A stretch of 63,728 bases of DNA, the filler included, from Lama guanicoe (taxonomy: Eukaryota): the NCBI GenBank assembly GCA_013239625.1. It is 206 parts of 206 records of this genome, joined end to end, with 100 filler letters (N's around TTAATTAATTAA, not from the genome) between each part and the next. Parts side by side here need not be neighbours in the genome. Positions count along the whole stretch, not along the records: positions 23,840 to 24,049 come from PNXV01035691.1; positions 24,150 to 24,359 come from PNXV01035692.1; positions 24,460 to 24,669 come from PNXV01035693.1; positions 24,770 to 24,979 come from PNXV01035694.1; positions 25,080 to 25,289 come from PNXV01035695.1; positions 25,390 to 25,599 come from PNXV01035696.1; positions 25,700 to 25,909 come from PNXV01035697.1; positions 26,010 to 26,219 come from PNXV01035698.1; 198 more parts are not named here. One strand, 5' to 3'. Within the stretch, counting starts at the first letter, position 1, and each line of letters starts with the position of its first letter. This document shows, piece by piece, positions 23,740 through 36,759 of this stretch. A program made the position numbers and the translations under genes. The notes under the pieces were generated by a model. It was not told where the DNA came from, made no database searches, and saw nothing but the letters and a program-made list of their open reading frames with translations.

Positions 23740-26009
23740 NNNNNNNNNNNNNNNNNNNNNNNNNNNNNNNNNNNNNNNNNNNNTTAATTAATTAANNNNN
23801 NNNNNNNNNNNNNNNNNNNNNNNNNNNNNNNNNNNNNNNCCATAGGAAGCCCTTACCATCCCCAGGGCGGCATCAGCTGCCTTTCAGGTGGTGAGAAGGA
23901 AGCGACTTTAGTGTAACTAAGCTGTTCCGTGACAGGCTTGTTGCCTGGGCCACCAGGGAACCCAAGCCCATGGCACGGGTTTGTTACTCGTTGGCCCTTT
24001 AGTGTGGGGCGTGATGCCGGGCACACAGTAGGTGCTCACGAAAGGTCAGNNNNNNNNNNNNNNNNNNNNNNNNNNNNNNNNNNNNNNNNNNNNTTAATTA
24101 ATTAANNNNNNNNNNNNNNNNNNNNNNNNNNNNNNNNNNNNNNNNNNNNGAAGCAAAAGCAGTCAGTTTTGCCAATCACTTTTTCCCTAGGGAGTGCAGG
24201 ATGGGTTATACTCGCCTTGGGTCTTTGGTTATTTTAAGTAATTTTCTTTTTGGTGGGGGCCTTGTGTCTGATTTTTTGAATTCATCACCTTGTATGTACA
24301 TTTATGAAGCGTTTAGGGGAATCATCGCTCCTGCTGCTACAGCATTCAGAAACCTCCCCNNNNNNNNNNNNNNNNNNNNNNNNNNNNNNNNNNNNNNNNN
24401 NNNTTAATTAATTAANNNNNNNNNNNNNNNNNNNNNNNNNNNNNNNNNNNNNNNNNNNNGTGAGTTTTTGTGCCTTTAAAAAACATTTGGGGTTTTAGGG
24501 GGAAGAAAGTATTTACACTGTCTCATTCTCCTCGTTGGAAACCTTGTCCCCATACTCAGTGTCAGCGTCCTTGAATGAGGGTTGGCACAGTTCATTTTAT
24601 CTGGCGCTGCCACTTCCACACTCTGCCTTTATCACGTTGCTTTGCCTCTCAGGGCTGCCACCCTTTTAANNNNNNNNNNNNNNNNNNNNNNNNNNNNNNN
24701 NNNNNNNNNNNNNTTAATTAATTAANNNNNNNNNNNNNNNNNNNNNNNNNNNNNNNNNNNNNNNNNNNNAGAGGAGGAGGTGCTTGGCAAAGAAAAATAA
24801 GATATTTATTGTAATATCACTTCTCTTTCCTTTGTCTTTGTTGTTCATTTTGACAAGAGATCCAGAAACCTGGTGATTAGCCCTCAGGGAGGAACTTAAC
24901 TTGAATTCAAGGATGGCTGAGTACATAAGGCACCAGGTTGTGTAGAAGAGTAACTTGGAAACTGGTAAAGCCACTTCCTNNNNNNNNNNNNNNNNNNNNN
25001 NNNNNNNNNNNNNNNNNNNNNNNTTAATTAATTAANNNNNNNNNNNNNNNNNNNNNNNNNNNNNNNNNNNNNNNNNNNNTAAAAGAAAAAAATGGTAGCT
25101 CGAGGAGTGAGACTGGAGTGCAGAGAAAATTTCAGGTGGCAAATAGAATACAAGTAGAACACGGATGTAGCTGATAGCCTGGAGGAAGACTCTAGGGGAA
25201 AAAGGAATAGAAGTCTGACTTGGTTGAATCAAAGAGGCTGGAAAAAAGGGAAGGAGAAGGAGGTTACACTAGTGGAGCAGGCTTGGTGCNNNNNNNNNNN
25301 NNNNNNNNNNNNNNNNNNNNNNNNNNNNNNNNNTTAATTAATTAANNNNNNNNNNNNNNNNNNNNNNNNNNNNNNNNNNNNNNNNNNNNAAGTGTTTTTC
25401 TTTCCCTTGTTCTTTTCCCTTGAAACTAAAAGGCATACGAAGCCTTCTGTCCTGTGACGCTGTCGCTTTTACACATCACGGGTCTCCAGGGTCAGCCCAT
25501 CACGGGACCCTTCAGTGACAGGCTATGAGCAGACCCAGGCGTTCTGTCTCTCTGGGCTGGGAGCGTCCCGCAGAGCCCAGGGCGTTCCCTGCAGTGAGCN
25601 NNNNNNNNNNNNNNNNNNNNNNNNNNNNNNNNNNNNNNNNNNNTTAATTAATTAANNNNNNNNNNNNNNNNNNNNNNNNNNNNNNNNNNNNNNNNNNNNC
25701 CTGTCCGAGGAGCTCTTACCCATTTGGTTCTTTGGATTATTTCTAAGATACAAGTTCTATTGTGAGGTTGATGTCACTCTTCAGAACCTCCAGGATTGTT
25801 TATTTAGTGTGAATCAAGTCCAGATATGCCTAAGAATGTCTGCTCTCGTCCTCTGAGCATCCAGAGCCCAGGGGTCCTGGTTAGTCCACCAAAAGGGATA
25901 AAAAGAAATNNNNNNNNNNNNNNNNNNNNNNNNNNNNNNNNNNNNNNNNNNNNTTAATTAATTAANNNNNNNNNNNNNNNNNNNNNNNNNNNNNNNNNNN
26001 NNNNNNNNN

Positions 26010-26219
26010 TATAGAATACAGAATACAGATCCAGAATTTAGAACATGGAATTCAGAACATAGAAATTTGAATATAGAATACTGAATATAGAATGAAGAAT
26101 ATTGAATTTAGAACACAGAATATAGAAAATAGTATTGAAAATACAGAAAACAGAATTTGTAACATGGAAAACAGAACACAGGATATAGAATATAGAATAC
26201 AGAAATAAATGTAGAATAT
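26010..26219 (+). repeat. Degenerate 7-bp tandem repeat (TAGAATA)n
   Basis: GAA recurs about every 7 bp across the whole contig. Confidence 0.9.
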
Positions 26220-26671
26220 NNNNNNNNNNNNNNNNNNNNNNNNNNNNNNNNNNNNNNNNNNNNTTAATTAATTAANNNNNNNNNNNNNNNNNNNNNNNNN
26301 NNNNNNNNNNNNNNNNNNNTGTCTTCCTCCCAACCCCCATGTATCCATTACGTAGCCTGGTCAGTTAGCACCATTATGCAATTCTTGTTTTATCTATACT
26401 CTTGCTTTGGCTTAAGTATTTTAAAGCAACTACTAGAAGCCATATCATTTCACCCATAAATATCTACAGGTAAAGAATTAAAAAAAAAAACCCTATATAA
26501 CCACAAAATTATCATAGCCAACTAAATTANNNNNNNNNNNNNNNNNNNNNNNNNNNNNNNNNNNNNNNNNNNNTTAATTAATTAANNNNNNNNNNNNNNN
26601 NNNNNNNNNNNNNNNNNNNNNNNNNNNNNATGTTCAATAAGGAATTTGTTAATTTAATTGTACTCTATCCA

Positions 26672-26811
26672 GGGGGGAGGATATAGAGTACATGCTCAGC
26701 ATGCCCGAGGTCACGGGTTCGAGTCCCCAGTACCTCTGATAAATAAAAAATAATAATAAATAAATAAATAAACCTAATTATCCCCCCCCAAAAAATGAAG
26801 TTAAAAAAAAA
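26672..26811 (+). mobile_element. Camelid-type tRNA-derived SINE with A-box deletion
   Basis: GGGGGGAGGATATAG-AGTACATGCTCAGCATGCCCGAGGTCACGGGTTCGAGTCCCCAGTACCTC...(TAAA)n CCTAATTATCCCCCCCC, poly-A. Confidence 0.85.
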
Positions 26812-26939
26812 TCTTTGCACAGGGAACCATATTCAACATNNNNNNNNNNNNNNNNNNNNNNNNNNNNNNNNNNNNNNNNNNNNTTAATTAATTAANNNNN
26901 NNNNNNNNNNNNNNNNNNNNNNNNNNNNNNNNNNNNNNN

Positions 26940-27149
26940 TAATCCAGTTAAAACGAGGTCATTAGGGTGGGTTCTAACCCAACAGGACCGCTGTCCTTCT
27001 ATACAGGGGACATTTGAACACATTCACGAGCAGAAGCACAGAAGTACAGAAGACTACGTGGAGACACAGGGAGAAGACCGCAGCGGGAACTAACCTCGCC
27101 GACACCTCGATTTCACACTTCCAGCCTCCAAAAGTGAGACAATAAATCT
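26940..27149 (+). mobile_element. MaLR LTR (MLT1B-like)
   Basis: GTTAAAACGAGGTCATTAGGGTGGG..CTAACCCAA...GACACCTCGATTTCACACTTCCAGCCTCCA...GAGACAATAAAT. Confidence 0.8.
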
Positions 27150-27559
27150 NNNNNNNNNNNNNNNNNNNNNNNNNNNNNNNNNNNNNNNNNNNNTTAATTA
27201 ATTAANNNNNNNNNNNNNNNNNNNNNNNNNNNNNNNNNNNNNNNNNNNNAAGTGACTCCACTCGTTCAAACAGCTGGGACGGAGAGGACTCGAACCCAGG
27301 ACCCCTGACTCCAAGGCCTAGCTGGTGATCGATTGCTTTTAATGGCTGCAGAATAGTCCAAAGTGATTTTTTTTTTCAAAAACCACCACTGACTAGGTCC
27401 TTCCGTCTTAATCGAGTGGACCACCTTGAGATAAATTCTCAAGTAGAGTTATGGGAGCANNNNNNNNNNNNNNNNNNNNNNNNNNNNNNNNNNNNNNNNN
27501 NNNTTAATTAATTAANNNNNNNNNNNNNNNNNNNNNNNNNNNNNNNNNNNNNNNNNNNN

Positions 27560-27769
27560 TCATTAGAACTCATCAATGATTACAGTAAAATTGCAGGAGA
27601 CAAAATTAGTATAAAGAAATCTGTTGCGTTTCTATACACTAACAATGAACTATTAGTAAGAGAAATGGAAAAAAAAAATTCCATTCATAATCTCATCAAA
27701 AAGAATAAAATACCTAAGAATAAATCTAACTAAGGAGGTAAAAGACCTGTACTTGGAAAACTATAAGAC
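27560..27769 (+). mobile_element. LINE-1 ORF2 (RT region) fragment
   Basis: TTAGAACT.ATCAATGA.T.CAGTAAA.TTGCAGGA.ACAAAATTA...AAATCTGTTGCGTTTCTATACACTAACAATGAA. Confidence 0.9.
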
Positions 27770-28489
27770 NNNNNNNNNNNNNNNNNNNNNNNNNNNNNNN
27801 NNNNNNNNNNNNNTTAATTAATTAANNNNNNNNNNNNNNNNNNNNNNNNNNNNNNNNNNNNNNNNNNNNCTATGAAGCCATGGCAGGCTAACTTGTTAAC
27901 TTTCAAGTAGGGCAAAAATCTCGGAACTTTCACAGTCCTTAATAATACATAGATACATAGAACTGTAAGATTTTTACAAATGGATAAGTAGTTTCTGTTA
28001 TTTCTTTGTCAATAATAGAAAATAACTATACTTAATCAAAATGACTGGAAGAACACTGTTGCACTTTGGCACATATTGTNNNNNNNNNNNNNNNNNNNNN
28101 NNNNNNNNNNNNNNNNNNNNNNNTTAATTAATTAANNNNNNNNNNNNNNNNNNNNNNNNNNNNNNNNNNNNNNNNNNNNGAAAACAGATGCGTGCATTAA
28201 TATTCATAAATATTGATTCATAAGAGCACATCGTGACCTAACCCAAATGACTATTTTCAATAAAATGGGTCTATAGTCCATGATATAGGGTTACAAGCTT
28301 TCCATCAGGAGGAATGAATGTCATATTCAGGCCTACGAACAGAATAAATGGCATATGCCTACAACAAAGACAAGCTGCTCTGCCAAACCNNNNNNNNNNN
28401 NNNNNNNNNNNNNNNNNNNNNNNNNNNNNNNNNTTAATTAATTAANNNNNNNNNNNNNNNNNNNNNNNNNNNNNNNNNNNNNNNNNNNN

Positions 28490-28699
28490 TTCTCTGAACA
28501 TCTTGGCCATCATTACTTGAAACTCTTTCTCAGATAAATTACCTATCTCCTCATCACTTACTTCTTCTTCTGGGATTTTAGCTTGTGCCTTGGCCTGGGA
28601 GATACTCCTCTGCCACCTCGTATTGTCTGTCTTTCTGTGTGTTTGTGGATTTCCTTCCACAGGCTTTGGGATTATTATTTTCTTATTTCTAGTATCTGC
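28490..28699 (-). mobile_element. LINE-1 ORF1 N-terminal fragment
   Basis: Minus frame ...PEEEVSDEEIGNLSEKEFQVMMAKMFRE resembles L1 ORF1p. Confidence 0.8.
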
Positions 28700-28929
28700 N
28701 NNNNNNNNNNNNNNNNNNNNNNNNNNNNNNNNNNNNNNNNNNNTTAATTAATTAANNNNNNNNNNNNNNNNNNNNNNNNNNNNNNNNNNNNNNNNNNNNG
28801 ACTTTTAAGCCTATGATCAGTGGGCTCACTTTGCTGAACAAGGTGTAGACCCAGTAGACTTGCAGCTTGTGTGGTGAGTGGCATGTCGTGCAGACTCACC
28901 TTGGTCACGTGCAGTATGGGTTAGTCCAC

Positions 28930-29009
28930 TTGGCATCCATAACCCAGTACCACAGACTTGGGGCTTAAACAATAGACATTTATTTCTCAGTGTTCTGGAG
29001 GCTGGGAGG
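28930..29009 (-). mobile_element. MaLR LTR (MLT1) 3' end
   Basis: CATAAC..AGTACCACAGACTTGGGGCTTAAACAATAGACATTTATTTCTCA...TTCTGGAGGCTGGGA. Confidence 0.75.
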
Positions 29010-32000
29010 NNNNNNNNNNNNNNNNNNNNNNNNNNNNNNNNNNNNNNNNNNNNTTAATTAATTAANNNNNNNNNNNNNNNNNNNNNNNNNNNNNNNNNNN
29101 NNNNNNNNNGGATGGGTCCTCATGGCCAGAGGCCACTGCACCTGAAGCTAACAAAGCTCATGGTCCCAACTTCCAAGAGCCCCTGTCACAACCCTAGGTC
29201 TAAGTTTGTATTTGTAATTTTTTTTCTTTTTATTAACTAGAAACCCCCAATTGCATGGACTTCAGGTCACCAAAACCTGACCACAGAGATCATGATGGCA
29301 GCCATTCTTGGTGAAACAANNNNNNNNNNNNNNNNNNNNNNNNNNNNNNNNNNNNNNNNNNNNTTAATTAATTAANNNNNNNNNNNNNNNNNNNNNNNNN
29401 NNNNNNNNNNNNNNNNNNNAAAATTAAAAAAATAAAAAAGCAATGTTGTTAAATGTTTTAAAACGGTAAGCACACAACACCCTGAAATCAAAGTGTTGGT
29501 GGCACCCTGTGATGGCTGGTTATGACTGACTGTGGAGATGCACCAACCTGGAGTCTGAGAAGTTGATATCCACGCCCTTTCTTCAGCCTCCATCAGCATG
29601 GCAGGTCCTGTGGAATCCACAGGTCCCATNNNNNNNNNNNNNNNNNNNNNNNNNNNNNNNNNNNNNNNNNNNNTTAATTAATTAANNNNNNNNNNNNNNN
29701 NNNNNNNNNNNNNNNNNNNNNNNNNNNNNAGGATAAGCTGGAGTGAAGGAGGCCAGCTAGGAAGTGAGAGTGAAAGAAGAGGTAGGAACTAAACCATGGC
29801 TTTAGGAGTAGGGACAGAGGAAAGAGATATATTAAGTTCCATTCCAGACGTGTTGCGCTTGATGTGTCCAGCAGTGTGAGATACGGGTGTGGATGTCAGG
29901 GAGAAGGCAAGGCTGGAAATTACGGCACCAGGGATTAGGNNNNNNNNNNNNNNNNNNNNNNNNNNNNNNNNNNNNNNNNNNNNTTAATTAATTAANNNNN
30001 NNNNNNNNNNNNNNNNNNNNNNNNNNNNNNNNNNNNNNNTTTTTAATGGTGTGGGACCCAACAGAAAACACATACTTCCTTGGTATCTCTCTCTTTCTTT
30101 TTTTTCACAAAGAGGGTGTCTATGTGTTGGATTAACAATTTCATTTTAAGGGTGTGTTTTATGGAACCTTTTGAGTAGGCTGTAGAGTTGAGAGTAAAAT
30201 CATTTGGGTGGCCTGAGTTGCCACTCAAACCTCTTTACCTTAGAACTACNNNNNNNNNNNNNNNNNNNNNNNNNNNNNNNNNNNNNNNNNNNNTTAATTA
30301 ATTAANNNNNNNNNNNNNNNNNNNNNNNNNNNNNNNNNNNNNNNNNNNNTTGTCCTTTTTTACACTCTTCCTTGTACTATCAGAGCTGAAGACTGGAACC
30401 TACACTTACCAAGCTGTCTTGCCATCATGGTTCCGTTTCGGTAGTACTAATTGTAAAGCAGGGGCATATTACTGGAAGATAGACGAGAGGCACATGTCTT
30501 GATCGGGGAAGAGCAGTGGCTTCAGACTTGTACTTGCTGGTTTCTGCTGCAGCAGGAGGNNNNNNNNNNNNNNNNNNNNNNNNNNNNNNNNNNNNNNNNN
30601 NNNTTAATTAATTAANNNNNNNNNNNNNNNNNNNNNNNNNNNNNNNNNNNNNNNNNNNNTGTTGTGCAAACACCACTTCTATCTAGTTCCAAAACATTTC
30701 CATTACCCAAAACGAAGCCTCTTACAACACTAAGCACTTTCCCTTTATTGGCACCCTCGTCCCTGTCTGGGGTCATCTTGAAGCCTTCCTCATCCACTTG
30801 CCTGGAGTCCGGGCTGGGAAGACTCAGACTGCTGGGGCTGGAGCCGCTGGGGCTCCGTGGGCATCTCCTNNNNNNNNNNNNNNNNNNNNNNNNNNNNNNN
30901 NNNNNNNNNNNNNTTAATTAATTAANNNNNNNNNNNNNNNNNNNNNNNNNNNNNNNNNNNNNNNNNNNNTCTGTAAAATAATCTCTAAGAAATACTGACA
31001 TCATGGGTAAGTAAAACAAATGAAAATTAAAATAGATAATGTATGATAAAGGGAAAAAAACTAAAAACTGGATACAACCCACATGTTGGGTATTTTGCTG
31101 CTTCAAAACTTTGCATTAAGAAACTTCTGAATTCCCTGAGGATATTCCCTGGGGACAAAGTGGTTAAATATGAATTTCANNNNNNNNNNNNNNNNNNNNN
31201 NNNNNNNNNNNNNNNNNNNNNNNTTAATTAATTAANNNNNNNNNNNNNNNNNNNNNNNNNNNNNNNNNNNNNNNNNNNNAGGATCCTCAGACTAGTTCCC
31301 TGAAGCTGACGTATGAGAGTTAAACTGGCAGTAGGGCAAAATTGAAAAGTCTTTGCATCTCTCTCATTAACGAAATAATGAATCAAAATTAAGGGGTCAC
31401 CACAAGGCATGTAGGCTGTAGGTGTGTTTACTGCCATTGCATTTTCATATGTCTCTTCTGGTGAGTCTAGGACAAGGCTGATGATCATANNNNNNNNNNN
31501 NNNNNNNNNNNNNNNNNNNNNNNNNNNNNNNNNTTAATTAATTAANNNNNNNNNNNNNNNNNNNNNNNNNNNNNNNNNNNNNNNNNNNNCGCTCTAATCC
31601 TCCTCCCCAACATATATAGAATTATTTCCTCTTATCAACGTCCCCATTACACTCTACAACTGTTATAACTCTTACCACACTGAAATTGTAGGGACTTATC
31701 TACATGTCTGGTTATAAGCATCTTGAAGGCAGGGAAGCATTTTCTTTTCCTGAATCTAACATTTAACTTATGGTCTGAGAACAAACATTTTAAACTTCTN
31801 NNNNNNNNNNNNNNNNNNNNNNNNNNNNNNNNNNNNNNNNNNNTTAATTAATTAANNNNNNNNNNNNNNNNNNNNNNNNNNNNNNNNNNNNNNNNNNNNG
31901 GTGGATTTTATCATTAGTGTGATGTGTGAGATGTGTTACTTGAAGGAAATCTTATTCCCTCTTTCTCACAATATCCCCATAGACATTAAGTATATATTTT

Positions 32001-32519
32001 TAATGAAGGTTTGATTTGGTTTGGTTTTAAACCACAAAGCTTTTATTAGAAGAAGAAGAGGAAGGGGGAGGTGGTGTTTCTAGCCCGTGGAGAGTGCTGA
32101 AAGGGAGCCNNNNNNNNNNNNNNNNNNNNNNNNNNNNNNNNNNNNNNNNNNNNTTAATTAATTAANNNNNNNNNNNNNNNNNNNNNNNNNNNNNNNNNNN
32201 NNNNNNNNNTGTTGGAGCAAGAACGTCCTTGTGCTTCGCTCCTACTATACCATGTGTGGTAAGCCTCATGTTTTATATATGCTTTCTCCCTGATCCTATT
32301 GAAACCCTGAAGGAAAACTGTAGAACAGTATTAACTCCAACTCACAATTAAACGAACTGTGGATCAGAGGTAATGCACTTGTCCAAGGTCTCACAGGCAA
32401 TCAGTGGCAGAGACAGTTTNNNNNNNNNNNNNNNNNNNNNNNNNNNNNNNNNNNNNNNNNNNNTTAATTAATTAANNNNNNNNNNNNNNNNNNNNNNNNN
32501 NNNNNNNNNNNNNNNNNNN

Positions 32520-32729
32520 TGTGATAAAGGACTTGTACTTAGAATATATAAAGAATTCTCAAAACTTAATAAGAGAAGAAGTAACCAAATCCTAACAAGG
32601 GAAAAATATTTGCACAGACACTGACACCAAAAAGATACACAGATGGCACTGAATTACATGGAAAGATGCTAAATATCATTAGTTATTATGGAAATGCAAA
32701 TTAAAAACCAAATGAAATGTCCCTACATA
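32520..32729 (+). mobile_element. LINE-1 ORF2 fragment
   Basis: TGATAAAGGACTTGTA.TTAGAATATATAAAGAA...GGAAATGCAAATTAAAACCA.AATGA.AT. Confidence 0.85.
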
Positions 32730-34999
32730 NNNNNNNNNNNNNNNNNNNNNNNNNNNNNNNNNNNNNNNNNNNNTTAATTAATTAANNNNNNNNNNNNNNN
32801 NNNNNNNNNNNNNNNNNNNNNNNNNNNNNAAATATCTTTAAGCCTATAAATTGGAGTGATATAGTGGGCCAGCCTCTTTACACATCATCCTGCACTCCTA
32901 ACCACACACATTTATGCTATTACAATTCACAAACTAATGCCAACAAAATTTCTTGCTCTAGTTATATCAGCTATCCCCTTACTATGAGCCTCCCTGTCTA
33001 TGAACCCCCTCCTGGATACTCCAAACCAAAAACAAAATTNNNNNNNNNNNNNNNNNNNNNNNNNNNNNNNNNNNNNNNNNNNNTTAATTAATTAANNNNN
33101 NNNNNNNNNNNNNNNNNNNNNNNNNNNNNNNNNNNNNNNTTAAAAACAAGATTTGATTGTAACCTAATGAGATATATTCTCGTGCCATGAAGTGGCACTG
33201 AGAGGAATCCTGAACAGAGGTCTGAAACTGAACCGTGGTGAACAGCTTTTCATAGCTGGCTAGCCTTGGATGGTGGCTAGGCTTGTGCTGGGGGCACAGA
33301 AATTGGAACCTAGATCCTTCATTTTATAGATGACGAAACTGAGACACAGNNNNNNNNNNNNNNNNNNNNNNNNNNNNNNNNNNNNNNNNNNNNTTAATTA
33401 ATTAANNNNNNNNNNNNNNNNNNNNNNNNNNNNNNNNNNNNNNNNNNNNTGGGGGCCCAGGGGCCCGTGAGTGCCTGCTGTGCGCCAGGCAGTTAGTACA
33501 GCCCGGGGGAGGCGGGAAGAGCATGCGGCTGGGAGTTCAAATCCTAGCTTCTCCCCCCATCAGCCCTGTAATCTGGGGCAAATTATCGGTGTTGTAAAGT
33601 GGGGTCGTCGTCATGTTGATCCTATCACAGGGCTTTTTTTGTGCGGACTTAAATGTCAANNNNNNNNNNNNNNNNNNNNNNNNNNNNNNNNNNNNNNNNN
33701 NNNTTAATTAATTAANNNNNNNNNNNNNNNNNNNNNNNNNNNNNNNNNNNNNNNNNNNNCAGCCCCTGGGATTACCCACTGGGGACCGTGGTTTCAGCAG
33801 AGTATGAGAAACAGCAAGGAATTCCCCACCAGTGATAAGTCAAATCCACTCCCAGGGCGGGAGCCTGTTTTCCTGACCCCCAAATCCAGATGAAACCTGC
33901 GCACTTCCCTCTTCCCCCCCACATCGAAAGAGCCCAGATGTGTGGCACCAGGTAACGAAACACCTGCTTNNNNNNNNNNNNNNNNNNNNNNNNNNNNNNN
34001 NNNNNNNNNNNNNTTAATTAATTAANNNNNNNNNNNNNNNNNNNNNNNNNNNNNNNNNNNNNNNNNNNNAATCACGTGCTTCTCTTTAAGAAACAGGAAG
34101 CATAAAGAAGTCATTTGGAGAAAATATGAATGGCCCACCTATGAAGGCAGAGAATAAAAAAATAAATTGTTTGGATAAATGATCTGAAGCTTGATGAAAT
34201 GGCTTATGCTCAATATCACAGAACTAAACCAATTTTTCTTAGATAAAGGGGGAGTCTGGCAAGACACTATGAGCAAGGGNNNNNNNNNNNNNNNNNNNNN
34301 NNNNNNNNNNNNNNNNNNNNNNNTTAATTAATTAANNNNNNNNNNNNNNNNNNNNNNNNNNNNNNNNNNNNNNNNNNNNACATTGTTCTTCAGGGTTGAG
34401 CAGGTGTTGCTGCCAATGGTGGGGGGTTTGGTCCATGCATTCGCAGACACACGTGGTCCGTGCATACGCACACAGTGCAGGAAGAGGATGCCAAAGGGCA
34501 GAGGAGAGTTTTTTTGTTAAAATTTTTCTTGTCTTGCCATAAAATATGAATTCTCTTTCACATCTTCATCCTCCATAATCTGCAAAAATNNNNNNNNNNN
34601 NNNNNNNNNNNNNNNNNNNNNNNNNNNNNNNNNTTAATTAATTAANNNNNNNNNNNNNNNNNNNNNNNNNNNNNNNNNNNNNNNNNNNNTATCAGGCCAG
34701 GATTTGGGTTCAATTTAATCTTCTGATTCCATTCAGCCTCATTCAGACCCTTAGGACTCTGTTTGCACCAACACCATGGCTCACAGTGATGGTGTAGAAA
34801 GTGGAGATGGATAGACGGAATTGGAATAATTCAACTTGAAGAATGAAGAGCTGCAGGGAGAAGATACCCAGAACCTACAAATGGACAGGGAGGATCAGGN
34901 NNNNNNNNNNNNNNNNNNNNNNNNNNNNNNNNNNNNNNNNNNNTTAATTAATTAANNNNNNNNNNNNNNNNNNNNNNNNNNNNNNNNNNNNNNNNNNNN

Positions 35000-35209
35000 T
35001 GTCACCTCTGCTTCTGACAGACCATCAATAGATTGGAGGTTCCAGTGATCCCCTTCTTAGGTTCAAGTAATTTGCTAGAGTGGATCATAGAACTCAAAGA
35101 AACGTTTCACTTACTGAATCACTGGTTTATTATAAAAAATAAAATTCAGGAACAGTCATATGGAGGAGGTGTGTAGGGCAAGGCGTGGAGAAAGGACGTA
35201 GGACTTCCA
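35000..35209. mobile_element. MER21-family LTR fragment
   Basis: GGAGGTTCC...CTTCTTAGGTTCAAGTAATTTGCTAGAGTGGATCATAGAACTCA...GGTTTATTATAAA; similar to 2473-2681. Confidence 0.7.
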
Positions 35210-35722
35210 NNNNNNNNNNNNNNNNNNNNNNNNNNNNNNNNNNNNNNNNNNNNTTAATTAATTAANNNNNNNNNNNNNNNNNNNNNNNNNNNNNNNNNNN
35301 NNNNNNNNNCTGGAGCAAAGAGGCCAGCTCCTCCAAGGCAGGCCCCCTCCCCCAGCTGCCCCCTGCTCCCTGACTGCACCAGGCCCACCTCCTGGGAGCT
35401 GGCTGACTTGGGGACATGCCTACAGGGAACCTGGGGCAGCAGAGGCCACTCCCAGGCCAGGCCACAGGGAAGATGGGAGCAAATGACTGGCTCACAAGGG
35501 GCAGCCGCCCTCCTCCCACNNNNNNNNNNNNNNNNNNNNNNNNNNNNNNNNNNNNNNNNNNNNTTAATTAATTAANNNNNNNNNNNNNNNNNNNNNNNNN
35601 NNNNNNNNNNNNNNNNNNNTAAAAATTAAAACAACAGCAGGGCAGGAGGAAAAAGTGAGTCTTTATTACAGTCCCTCCGACCCTGCTTCAAGCGTGTGCA
35701 GAAATAGCGCTGCCCGCGGGGG

Positions 35723-35827
35723 TCAGTGCTTCTGCCGAGACGTCGGGGCAGCCTGCTTCGTCCTTTGGGTAACCTGCTTCGATTCTTCAGACGCTTTCAG
35801 AATTTTCTCTTCATCTTGAAACTCCCT
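35723..35827 (-). CDS. Putative terminal coding exon of an unidentified gene (partial)
   Basis: Frame REFQDEEKILKASEESKQVTQRTKQAAPTSRQKH* is open from the contig edge (the other two minus frames hit early stops), followed by AATAAA (35662-35667) and a T/GT-rich downstream tract. Confidence 0.4.
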   Translation of the reverse strand, partial: REFQDEEKILKASEESKQVTQRTKQAAPTSRQKH

Positions 35828-36239
35828 CANNNNNNNNNNNNNNNNNNNNNNNNNNNNNNNNNNNNNNNNNNNNTTAATTAATTAANNNNNNNNNNNNNNN
35901 NNNNNNNNNNNNNNNNNNNNNNNNNNNNNAGAGGTACAGCATGTGGATGTTTGAGGGGGTAGCATTGCAGGAGGAAGGACAAAGGCAAGAAGCACAGATC
36001 CTCATAAGGAAACATGGGTGGAGTCTTTAAGGAACAATATCTCACCCTTCCCTGCAGCCCTTTCTTTCCCCAGCACACCGCCATGTGAGAATCTTGCCAA
36101 AGCCTTCAGCGCTGTCAACTGGGTAGTGGATGATTTCCTNNNNNNNNNNNNNNNNNNNNNNNNNNNNNNNNNNNNNNNNNNNNTTAATTAATTAANNNNN
36201 NNNNNNNNNNNNNNNNNNNNNNNNNNNNNNNNNNNNNNN

Positions 36240-36449
36240 ATAAATATATATAAATATTATATATAAGTGTATATAAATATTATATATAAATATATTATTA
36301 TATATAAATTTATATAAATATTATATATAAATATATATTATATAAAATATATAAATATTATATAAAATATATAAATATATATAAATATTATATATAAATA
36401 TATCAATATTATATATAAATATATATAATATGTAAATATATATATTCTA
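36240..36449. repeat. AT-rich low-complexity tract (TATATAAATAT-like)
   Basis: Almost entirely A/T, with imperfect TA repeats. Confidence 0.95.
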
Positions 36450-36549
36450 NNNNNNNNNNNNNNNNNNNNNNNNNNNNNNNNNNNNNNNNNNNNTTAATTA
36501 ATTAANNNNNNNNNNNNNNNNNNNNNNNNNNNNNNNNNNNNNNNNNNNN

Positions 36550-36759
36550 AACATTCTTCCTGGTGAAGACACGGGAAAGGAGTCTGGTGGGTCTTTAAAA
36601 AGGTAAATATTCAGTTAAACATTTGACTTTGCAGTTCTCCTCCTAGGAATACACCCAAGAGAAATGAAAGAATTCTTTCTACATAAAAAAAAATGGAAAT
36701 GAATGGCATGGCAGCATTATTCATAATATCTAAAAAGTGGAAACAACCCAAGTGTCCAT
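36550..36759 (+). mobile_element. LINE-1 ORF2 3' fragment
   Basis: CTCCTAGG.ATA.ACCCAAGAGAAATGAAA...GCAGCATTATTCATAATA...AAAAAGTGGAAACAACCCAAGTGTCCAT. Confidence 0.8.

Noticed and set aside
30755..30869. Minus-strand Ser/Pro-rich frame with VDEEGF, reminiscent of FCHO1
   Set aside because: The match is limited to six residues, the flanks disagree, and it runs into an L1 remnant.
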